DNA from: Planctomycetales bacterium
Lineage (GTDB): Bacteria > 4484-113 > JAFGCY01
Assembly: GCA_022646745.1 (NCBI GenBank)
Contig: CP060262.1
Coordinates: 420,001 to 452,000 of the forward strand
Direction: 5' to 3'
DNA: 32,000 bases
Both the position numbers and the translations under genes were made by a program. This document shows positions 22,312-29,712 of the stretch, one piece after another; the stretch's first letter is position 1, and every line of letters begins with the position of its first letter. Below the pieces are notes generated by a model. The model was given only the letters and a program-made list of their open reading frames with translations. It was not told the DNA's origin and searched no databases.

Positions 22312-22987
22312 CAGTCCGGGGACCATCCGCAGTGGCAACCTGCGGACATATGTGCAGCTGCAGGGGGAATACCGCGGCTGTGAGCATATGGAGCGCATCG
22401 GTCGCCAGCTCGGCCTGCGGCAGGCATACTGGCAACTGCGGCGCATCGGGATGGCGATGCTGTTCTGCCTGCCGGCGGGCTGGATGTTGCTTGCGGGGCT
22501 GGCCAGCGGCAACCTCGTGTACTGCCTCGGCGGGATCGGCATCCTCTATTACTACTATTTCCGGGTGCACCTTGACAGCGCCGGCATGGCCCGCGTGGAG
22601 TACTTCATGCAGAATGCGCGGCATTACCTGCTGGACAAGGGCCTGCTCGTCGAACTGCTGCAGGCTGACAAGCCGGAGTGGCTGCTGGAGCAGGACCGCA
22701 GCCTCGAGCTGGCCCGGCTGAAGGCGAAGGAGCGGCCGTCATTTACGGATACGATCCAGCGGCTGGAGTTCCTCGTGGAGCATTACGCCCTGATCTGTGA
22801 CGAGCGCGGCTGGCAGTGGCGCGAGCGGGTGCAGAAGTCCGCCGGGCGCCTGAAGGCCGGTGAGGAGCGCAAACGTGAACCAGGCCTGCTGCCCTGGGAG
22901 CGGCAGGCGCTGGTCGGGGTGCTGATAGACATCCTGGAGGACCGGCCCCGCGGACAAGCCGGGCCAAACCTGCCCGGGCTGCAATGA
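22304..22987 (+). CDS. Paralog-family member P2
   Basis: ATG 22304 overlaps the P1 stop (ATGGATGA), with AGGAGG just upstream. Motifs: ARHYLLDKGLLVELL, RLEFLVEHYALICDERGWQW, VLIDILEDR. Confidence 0.8.
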   Translation: MDDSPGTIRSGNLRTYVQLQGEYRGCEHMERIGRQLGLRQAYWQLRRIGMAMLFCLPAGWMLLAGLASGNLVYCLGGIGILYYYYFRVHLDSAGMARVEYFMQNARHYLLDKGLLVELLQADKPEWLLEQDRSLELARLKAKERPSFTDTIQRLEFLVEHYALICDERGWQWRERVQKSAGRLKAGEERKREPGLLPWERQALVGVLIDILEDRPRGQAGPNLPGLQ

Positions 22988-23029
22988 CGGATGATGCCGG
23001 GCGGGCGAGCAGGCATTGGTTGATTTCGC

Positions 23030-23035
23030 TATGAT
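23030..23035 (+). promoter_or_regulatory. -10-like TATGAT, 6 nt upstream of ATG 23042 (possible internal leaderless promoter)
   Basis: The sequence reads GCTATGAT GTAGGG ATG, in the 54-nt gap between P2 and P3. Confidence 0.3.
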
Positions 23036-23041
23036 GTAGGG

Positions 23042-23677
23042 ATGGACAGGCCGGCCACAGGGAGCGGGACGACTGGCAGGGTAATATCAGCGGACAGCGC
23101 GCTGCTGACTGAACTGCGTCTGATGCGGCGCGGGATGGACCTTGGCGACCGGCTGGCGCTCAACATCTTCAAGGCGATCGTGCTGGCGGTGCTGGCCAGC
23201 GTGCTGTACTGGCTCAACCCGGTCCTGATATGGTTCGTGATCCCGCCGGCGGTGCTGGTGTTCACCGCTGACAACCCATCCCGGCCGCGCAACGGGCAGC
23301 TTGGCGGATTCCGCCGGCTGGCGAACGAGAACCTGCTGGGGCATGGCCTGCTGGCGGAGGTGATGTCCGCCGGCAGCGTGCATGAGCTGCTCGGCCAGGA
23401 ACCTGACAACCACGGCCATATCCGCGCGCTGCTGCCGAAGCGCTTCCGCGACGGGCGCGAGCGGATCGACTTCCTGCTGGAGAGTTATGCCGTGCTGTGC
23501 GAGTCCCGCGGCTGGCCGGCCTTCGCCGACCCGCTCAGCCCGCTGCAGCCCGGAGAGCACGGCGCGGACGGGCTGGCGCTGGATGCGCAGCACCGCCGTG
23601 AACTGCTGGACCTGCTGATCGAGCTGCTGGAGGGTGGCGTTGACAATGCGCCGCTGCGGAGTGCACTTGATGAGTGA
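23042..23677 (+). CDS. Paralog-family member P3
   Basis: Motifs: ANENLLGHGLLAEVM, RIDFLLESYAVLCESRGWPA, LLIELLEGG. Two-TM hairpin IFKAIVLAVLASVLYWL / VLIWFVIPPAVLVFTA. Confidence 0.8.
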   Translation: MDRPATGSGTTGRVISADSALLTELRLMRRGMDLGDRLALNIFKAIVLAVLASVLYWLNPVLIWFVIPPAVLVFTADNPSRPRNGQLGGFRRLANENLLGHGLLAEVMSAGSVHELLGQEPDNHGHIRALLPKRFRDGRERIDFLLESYAVLCESRGWPAFADPLSPLQPGEHGADGLALDAQHRRELLDLLIELLEGGVDNAPLRSALDE

Positions 23678-24356
23678 AATGCAGCGGCCACGGCAGCAGT
23701 CGCAATCCGCCAGGCTGGGCAGTGATGAGCTGCTGGCAGCGCCGGTGAACGAGAAGCTGAAGCGGCAGATCGCCGGCCTGCTGCGGCAGGCCCGCCAGCG
23801 CTATGATGCGCACAGGCAGTTCGAACTGGCGATCGCCACCCTGCTGGTGCTGGCGACGACGGGCGGGCTGGGTGCAATGTACTGGCCGATGTTCGCCACA
23901 GTGCCGCTTGGGCTGTGGGCCGTGCACGCCACCTGGAAGCACATGAACAATGATGCCGCCGAGCGCAAGCGCATGAAGTTCTGCGCCTTCCGCAACCTGC
24001 TGGACCGCGGCCTGCTGGTGGAACTGATTGACAGCCGGGAACCGCAGGAGCTGCTCCCCACACCGGCGGTGCTGCGCCTGCTGACAACCAGCCTGGAGAG
24101 GAAGTCCTCCTTTTCCAGCATGGAACACCGACTCAGTTTCCTTGTCGACAGGTACGTGCAGATCTGCCAGCACAGGCGCTGGCCGGTCAGTGGCGACGGC
24201 TGGCAGGATTCACTCAACATCATGGGCCAGGTACTTTCCACTTCAAGCAAGGAAGACCTGCGCTCGATGCGGCTGCGCATCTGCCTGCTGGAAACGCTTG
24301 CGGTGATCTTCGGCGCGCAGGTCAATGTGGACAACATCGGGGACCCGGATGACTGA
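23670..24356 (+). CDS. Paralog-family member P4
   Basis: ATG 23670 overlaps the P3 stop (ATGAGTGA). Motifs: AFRNLLDRGLLVELI, RLSFLVDRYVQICQHRRWPV. Confidence 0.8.
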   Translation: MSEMQRPRQQSQSARLGSDELLAAPVNEKLKRQIAGLLRQARQRYDAHRQFELAIATLLVLATTGGLGAMYWPMFATVPLGLWAVHATWKHMNNDAAERKRMKFCAFRNLLDRGLLVELIDSREPQELLPTPAVLRLLTTSLERKSSFSSMEHRLSFLVDRYVQICQHRRWPVSGDGWQDSLNIMGQVLSTSSKEDLRSMRLRICLLETLAVIFGAQVNVDNIGDPDD

Positions 24357-25068
24357 CAATCCGCTGCCGGAATGGGATGAGAGGCCGTACTATGGAAAGT
24401 CATTTCCTGCAGGAAGCAACGGCAACTCAGCCATCCTTAATCACTTGAGATCCTCACTGGACAGGAATAAAGCATCCTACAGGACTGAAAACAGCTGTGG
24501 CAACATCCTTGCATTCGGCATAGCAATAATCATAGCTATTAAACTGGCAACCGAGTTGCATCCCGCCATCCTGATCATAGTTCCGGTGTTTGCGTTTGCA
24601 GCAATCTACTCCATCAGGAACCCCGGATTCGACGAAAAGGACAGGAGCAAGATCCGTGAGAATGCAATCAGGAACCTGCTGGGACGAGGGCTGCTCGCTG
24701 AAATGCTCAATGCAGAGAAGGCCTCACAGGTACTGCCTGATCGATCTCGAATTGATGATCCTGAACTGAGGATCCTCACGCTGCCGGAATTCCACGACAC
24801 TCACTTCAAGTCAGCGCTCGACAGGATAGACTTCCTTGTCCTGAACTACGAATACATTTGTCACTCACGGAAGTGGGCCTACCAGCAATCAAACTGGAAG
24901 TACGACCCGCTGCCTGGCACTTCCCATTTCAGTAAAGGCCGCCATAAGCTTCATATCGGCGGGGGAAACTCCGTTGCACGGCAGATCGTGATCCAGGCCC
25001 TGATCGACATCCTCGAGGGGCGAGTTGATGGAACGGGTGATAATGGTGGCGTGGAGAAGATGCAGTGA
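24349..25068 (+). CDS. Paralog-family member P5 (lower GC)
   Basis: ATG 24349 overlaps the P4 stop (ATGACTGA). Motifs: AIRNLLGRGLLAEML, RIDFLVLNYEYICHSRKWAY, ALIDILEGR. Confidence 0.8.
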   Translation: MTDNPLPEWDERPYYGKSFPAGSNGNSAILNHLRSSLDRNKASYRTENSCGNILAFGIAIIIAIKLATELHPAILIIVPVFAFAAIYSIRNPGFDEKDRSKIRENAIRNLLGRGLLAEMLNAEKASQVLPDRSRIDDPELRILTLPEFHDTHFKSALDRIDFLVLNYEYICHSRKWAYQQSNWKYDPLPGTSHFSKGRHKLHIGGGNSVARQIVIQALIDILEGRVDGTGDNGGVEKMQ

Positions 25069-25718
25069 GCAAGGACAGGGAGCAGATCGGGCAAGGCGAT
25101 GGCGGCAGCCATGCAGTGCTGTCTGCTGAACGTGCGCAGCTGCTGGCGGATCTTGACAGCATGGCGGCCGGCGGGGTCAGCAATGTGACCTTCAAGGTGC
25201 TGATCCTTTCAGTGCTGCTTTCCATCTTCTGGTTTTCCTATCTATGGGCCAGGACAGGTCCTGATCGCTGGATGGATTTAATGAGGCAGGGATGGCCGGC
25301 GATCGTGTTTGCGGTGTTTGTCGGCGTGGTTGTGGCGCTCGTCAGGATGGGCCGGCGGGATTCAGCGCCTGACCCCAACAGGCTGATGCGCGAGCAGGCG
25401 ATTGGCAACCTGCGGGACCGCGGGCTGCTGCGGGATGTGCTGGCTGCCAGTGACAGCCACAGCCTGCTGCCGCCTGAGGGCGAAACCCGTCAGACTCCAA
25501 ATCGCCGCCTGACAACGGAGCTGTCGCGCATCGAGTTCCTCGCGGACAACTACTTCGAAATCAGCGAGCAGCGCGGGCTGGCGGTGCATGGGGCTCTGCC
25601 GGCACGGGACAAGCTGCTGATCGACGAACTGCGGCGGGGCTCGCGCTCCGAGTTCTCCCGGGTGCGCAAGATGCTGTTCGGACTGGTGGCGGACGAACTG
25701 CGCAGCGGCCGCTACTGA
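25065..25718 (+). CDS. Paralog-family member P6
   Basis: GTG 25065 overlaps the P5 stop (GTGA). Motifs: AIGNLRDRGLLRDVL, RIEFLADNYFEISEQRG. The C-terminus is ...ELRSGRY. Confidence 0.75.
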   Translation: MSKDREQIGQGDGGSHAVLSAERAQLLADLDSMAAGGVSNVTFKVLILSVLLSIFWFSYLWARTGPDRWMDLMRQGWPAIVFAVFVGVVVALVRMGRRDSAPDPNRLMREQAIGNLRDRGLLRDVLAASDSHSLLPPEGETRQTPNRRLTTELSRIEFLADNYFEISEQRGLAVHGALPARDKLLIDELRRGSRSEFSRVRKMLFGLVADELRSGRY

Positions 25719-25748
25719 GGCCGGCAGTCCTGCTATGCTTGAGCTGCA

Positions 25749-26480
25749 ATGACGGACAGCGGCAAGGACCGGCAGGAGTACAGCCAGCGGCTGAAGCCCC
25801 TGTCCGCGGAGGAATACGCGCAGCGGAAAGATGGAGAACAGCGGCCGACATACCTCAGCCAACCTGGCGTCGACAGGAAGCCGGATCGGACAACCTATAC
25901 GTTTAACCAGGAACTGCGTGACCGGGCCGCCGGACGCAACAAGGGAGCTGACTGGATATGGTTATTGCTGGCTTTGTTGCTTATGGGTATCGAGATTGCC
26001 CGACAGGACCCCGCAGAGCGCTTCAACTTCAGGTTCCTGCTCAATCCGGTCAGCATCCTTGCTATTATCGTCGTTGTCATTCTGGCGATTGTCACCCACT
26101 TGGTGGAAAAGAGCCAGACAAATCCGAACGAAGACCCGATGTCAGCTTTTGAGCACCGTGCCCATTTCAACCTTGTTGATCGCGGACTGTTGCGGCGGAC
26201 CATGGAAGCGAAGGACAGCTATGAAATCCTGCCGCTGCGTCCGGGGATACTGAACATGGAACTGCATGGCCGTCCGGACTTCAGCCTGGCTGATGCAAGG
26301 GTTCGTTTCCTGATTGCCAATTATCCGGAGATATGCGAAAGACATGGTTACAGCTGGGGCCTGAAAGGGATGCAATACCACAACAAGCATCAGTTATATG
26401 GCAAGGAAAACCGCGACAACCCCTACAATCGCCGGTTGTGCGGCATCATTGACGAGCTGCTGTCCAGCGGCCGGTACTGA
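25749..26480 (+). CDS. Paralog-family member P7 (lower GC)
   Basis: ATG 25749 lies 9 nt after TATGCT. Motifs: AHFNLVDRGLLRRTM, RVRFLIANYPEICERHGYSW. The C-terminus ...ELLSSGRY resembles that of P6. Confidence 0.8.
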   Translation: MTDSGKDRQEYSQRLKPLSAEEYAQRKDGEQRPTYLSQPGVDRKPDRTTYTFNQELRDRAAGRNKGADWIWLLLALLLMGIEIARQDPAERFNFRFLLNPVSILAIIVVVILAIVTHLVEKSQTNPNEDPMSAFEHRAHFNLVDRGLLRRTMEAKDSYEILPLRPGILNMELHGRPDFSLADARVRFLIANYPEICERHGYSWGLKGMQYHNKHQLYGKENRDNPYNRRLCGIIDELLSSGRY

Positions 26481-26508
26481 CAGGCGTAAGCTGATAAGCT
26501 TTAAAGCA

Positions 26509-26955
26509 ATGACGGACAGGCAGGGCAGCACGAGCAGGGCAGATAGCCGCAAGGCTGTCCCGGCCTATCGCCAGCGCTTGCAGGAGATCGTATCCACTGA
26601 GGATGAAGCCGTGCAGGCACCGGTAGCCAGCAAGGGCATCCACCCCGAGGGCCTGCCGCCGGAGCATATCCGCCGGAATCACAGGCCAAGGCAGTGGCGA
26701 GATCCACGGCTCAGCGAGGAGATCCGGCTGGCACCACGCCGGCCCGGCTGGCAGCAGATGCTCGCAACATTTGGAATCATCGTGGCGGCGTTTGCGATCC
26801 TCATCGCGCTGGACCCACCAGCAAGCATTGTCGACGGCAGCCCGTATGAGAAGTTCAACGAATACATCGCACTTGGGATCATGTGCCTGCTGGTCTGGGT
26901 GCGCTGGCTGTTTCACTCACAGACCCGGCGGGATGACAGGCCACCGCCGGACTAG
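26509..26955 (+). CDS. Truncated family member P8 (N-tail and two-TM hairpin only, 148 aa)
   Basis: Track ORF 26398..26955 trimmed to ATG 26509, which lies 8 nt after TAAGCT. The start context GCAATGACGGACAG is identical to that of P7. Its N-tail YRQRLQEI recalls YSQRLKPL in P7. It lacks the conserved soluble module and could be a decaying copy. Confidence 0.55.
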   Translation: MTDRQGSTSRADSRKAVPAYRQRLQEIVSTEDEAVQAPVASKGIHPEGLPPEHIRRNHRPRQWRDPRLSEEIRLAPRRPGWQQMLATFGIIVAAFAILIALDPPASIVDGSPYEKFNEYIALGIMCLLVWVRWLFHSQTRRDDRPPPD

Positions 26956-27011
26956 TCGCGAGCTGGGGAACACCTCAGCCGCTCAAGGCGTCTGATGGGC
27001 AGAGGGGAAAC

Positions 27012-27620
27012 ATGGACAAACATCTAGTTGAGGAGGCCGGGCAGGCCGGGCAGGAATACCAGCCCAGCAGCTTCATGCCGCGCGACCTGTCGCATACGAT
27101 CATCACCGCCATCGTCATCCTCGCGGCACTGGCAGCAGTGGAGGTGAAGTGGCGCTTCCTGAGCGGCGGAATGATCGACTACTCATTGTGGCCGGATGAC
27201 TTCCTCGCCGCCTGCGGGGAGCTCAGTCGGGTGCGGATGAGCAGCGGGCGCAGTGCGCTGGCCACCTCCGCCAGCATCGCCGGGCTCGGGATGCTCGCGC
27301 TGATGGGCTGCGAGTACTACTGGGACCAGTTGCGCAAGGCCTGGCATGGCAGTGCGCTGCCGGGCTACCTGCCCGCCGGGCAGTCCTACCTGCTGGAACC
27401 GCTGGACAACAGCTTCCGGCTGGCGATGGCCGTGCTGGCCGGTGTGCTCGTCGCCGTCGACTGCATCGCACTGGCCGGCTGGGCCCCGCTGCAGCCGCTG
27501 CAGCCCCTGGCGCTGACCCGCTTCGTTGCCATCTGGCTGCTGCTGCTGCGGATCTGGCTGCCGGGGGAACTGAGGAGCGCGCTGGACTCGCAGCCCTCGC
27601 GCACTGCTAACATGGAATGA
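27012..27620 (+). CDS. Hypothetical polytopic membrane protein (202 aa)
   Basis: GAGGGG lies upstream of the ATG. It has about four hydrophobic segments and is translationally coupled to the next gene (ATGA). It lacks the family motifs. Confidence 0.6.
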   Translation: MDKHLVEEAGQAGQEYQPSSFMPRDLSHTIITAIVILAALAAVEVKWRFLSGGMIDYSLWPDDFLAACGELSRVRMSSGRSALATSASIAGLGMLALMGCEYYWDQLRKAWHGSALPGYLPAGQSYLLEPLDNSFRLAMAVLAGVLVAVDCIALAGWAPLQPLQPLALTRFVAIWLLLLRIWLPGELRSALDSQPSRTANME

Positions 27621-28258
27621 TGGACATCGCCGCCCGGCAGATCCTGCAACGCATGGAGCAGCTGCTGCACCAGTCGCAGCGCAACATGCGGCTGTACTTC
27701 GCGATCGGCGGCGGGCTGCTGGCAACCGGCCTGTTCAACGGCCTGCCGATTGAGATGTACATGATCTCCACCCTGGCGCAGATGCTGATCTTCCTGCTCG
27801 GATCGATCATCGGGATGGCCTGCGGCAGCAAGCTGCAGAAATCCGTGCTGCCGGTTGCCATCGAACATGTGCGCAGCCTGCTGATCGACGCGATGCTGAT
27901 GGCGCAGCTGATTGACAGCCCGGCCCATGAGCTGCCCGGCAACAGCCGTGGCCTGCTGAACAGCGGCGGGTCAAAGGAGAACACCAGCATGGGCGGGCGG
28001 CTGGACTGGATCGTCAACAACTGGTCTGTGCTGGCGCACCGGATGGGCTACCACCCCTTGCCGCAGCTGATGCAGCGCCTGCACCTGCTGTACCTTGCGC
28101 TGATCGTGCTGGTGCCGCTGTCCGCCGTGCTGCTGCACAGCGTCAGCCTGCTGCTCGTACTGGGCAGTGTGTACGTGCTCGGCCTGTCGCTGGACAGCCT
28201 GGAGTGCGATGCGGTGCGCACGGTGCTGCTGGACTCCCTGCTGGCCGATGAGGAATGA
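27617..28258 (+). CDS. Paralog subfamily B member B1 (family core plus two extra C-terminal TM helices)
   Basis: ATGA overlap with the upstream gene. FAIGGGLLATGLFNGL / LAQMLIFLLGSIIGMACG hairpin. VRSLLIDAMLMAQLIDSPAHELP corresponds to the NLLDRGLL block. RLDWIVNNWSVLAHRMGY corresponds to the RIDFLVxNY..IC..RGW block. Then LHLLYLALIVLVPLSAVLL / LLLVLGSVYVLGL. Confidence 0.75.
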   Translation: MMDIAARQILQRMEQLLHQSQRNMRLYFAIGGGLLATGLFNGLPIEMYMISTLAQMLIFLLGSIIGMACGSKLQKSVLPVAIEHVRSLLIDAMLMAQLIDSPAHELPGNSRGLLNSGGSKENTSMGGRLDWIVNNWSVLAHRMGYHPLPQLMQRLHLLYLALIVLVPLSAVLLHSVSLLLVLGSVYVLGLSLDSLECDAVRTVLLDSLLADEE

Positions 28259-28955
28259 TCCGTACAGCATGGATGCACCTGTCGGCAGTGAGGTGCTGCA
28301 GGCACTAGCGCGGGAGGAACAGGGCCAGCGCTTCGCACTGGCACTTGGGCTGGTCGGCAACACGATTATGGCAACGCTGGCGATCGCCATCTGCCTGCTG
28401 GTCAGCCAGCAGACCCTGTTCCTTGTGCTGGCAATCGGCCTCGCCCGTTACACCGCGATGGCTGCAGGCGCCGGGCTGCTCACCGGCCTGCTGTTCTGGC
28501 TGCTGCTGGTGCAGCATATCCTGCCCGCAATGCAGCGCGCTGTGGCCCTCAGCATCCGCTATTCCGAAGCGCTGCCACAGCTGCTGGAGCACCCCGCGCC
28601 GTGGGAGCTGCTGCCACGCCAGCCCCTGCCGCTGGCCTACCGGGGCAGCAAGCCGGGCCAGGAAGGTCTGGCGCAGCGACTTAACTTCATCGCCTGGCGC
28701 TGGAATGCGCTGCTGGCCGCACTGGGCTACCGTTTCCGGCCATCGGTGCCCGGGTGGGCTGCACCACTGGTGGTCGGCGTACTGCTGTGCGCCGCGATCT
28801 ACCTGCTGAGCGCAAACCTGCAGTTCGGCCTCGGCATCGGACTGGCCCCGCTGGCCGGCTTGTCGCTCACAGCAGGCCAGGCCCGGCATGTGGCAGCGCT
28901 CAGAGCGTTGCGGAACTTCTTCATTGAACAGGCGGGCAATGCCGACCTGTCGTAA
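28248..28955 (+). CDS. Paralog subfamily B member B2
   Basis: Track ORF 28167..28955 trimmed to ATG 28248 (11-nt overlap, ATGAGGAATGA). ATG 28269 is an alternative start. RLNFIAWRWNALLAALGY matches the second family block, and two further TM helices follow. Confidence 0.7.
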   Translation: MRNDPYSMDAPVGSEVLQALAREEQGQRFALALGLVGNTIMATLAIAICLLVSQQTLFLVLAIGLARYTAMAAGAGLLTGLLFWLLLVQHILPAMQRAVALSIRYSEALPQLLEHPAPWELLPRQPLPLAYRGSKPGQEGLAQRLNFIAWRWNALLAALGYRFRPSVPGWAAPLVVGVLLCAAIYLLSANLQFGLGIGLAPLAGLSLTAGQARHVAALRALRNFFIEQAGNADLS

Positions 28956-28964
28956 ACTCGTAGC

Positions 28965-29681
28965 ATGAAGCGCAACTCCTCCAAGCTGATCGACGGCCTC
29001 AGTGGCCGCATCAGCTCGACCCAGCGCTACATCCACATCTGCAATTCAGTGGGCGGCGGCCTGCTGCTCGTGGGCATCATCCACGGGCTGGACGCACTGG
29101 ACCCGGCCGGCCCGCGCCAGCGCAGCCTGGAGCTGCAGCTGTTCTACTTCTTGTTCGGTGCCGTACTCGGGCTGGGCTGCGGGGCAGTGCTTGACTGGCT
29201 GCTGCAGTCCGGCATGCGGCGCCATGCCCGCCGCCACCTGCTTGACAACCTGCTGCTGCCGCAGCTGTTTGACAGCCAGGTGCGGGAGGAAAGCGAGGAG
29301 GAACAGGGCAGCGGAGACCTCAACCTGCCGCTCGGCAAGCGGCGGCATGCCCTGCTCACGCGGCTGGAACGGATCGCCGCCAACTGGGACATGATCTGCG
29401 CCGAACTGGGGCAGCCCTCGATGCCGCTGGCACTGCGCCTGCTGTGGTACCTGAGCTTCCCGCTGGCGGTGGCGGTCCCGGTGACGGCATTTCTCACGGG
29501 CCAGATCCTGCTGATGTTCGCACTCGGCGGCTTCATCGCCCTCTGGATGGTGCTGGCAGCCAGCCGTGGCAATGCGGTCAGGCATGAACTGCTCGGCATC
29601 CTGCAGAGCATCGGCAATGGAAAAATGTACAGCGCGAAACCCCCGGAAGTGATCGCGCGTCTGCATACTGGCAGGCAGTGA
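28965..29681 (+). CDS. Paralog subfamily B member B3
   Basis: CNSVGGGLLLVGIIHGL parallels FAIGGGLLATGLFNGL in B1. It also has ARRHLLDNLLLPQLFDS and RLERIAANWDMICAELG, then two extra TM helices. Confidence 0.75.
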   Translation: MKRNSSKLIDGLSGRISSTQRYIHICNSVGGGLLLVGIIHGLDALDPAGPRQRSLELQLFYFLFGAVLGLGCGAVLDWLLQSGMRRHARRHLLDNLLLPQLFDSQVREESEEEQGSGDLNLPLGKRRHALLTRLERIAANWDMICAELGQPSMPLALRLLWYLSFPLAVAVPVTAFLTGQILLMFALGGFIALWMVLAASRGNAVRHELLGILQSIGNGKMYSAKPPEVIARLHTGRQ

Positions 29682-29712
29682 CCTGGCAGACACACACATC
29701 GGAGAGACGGAA

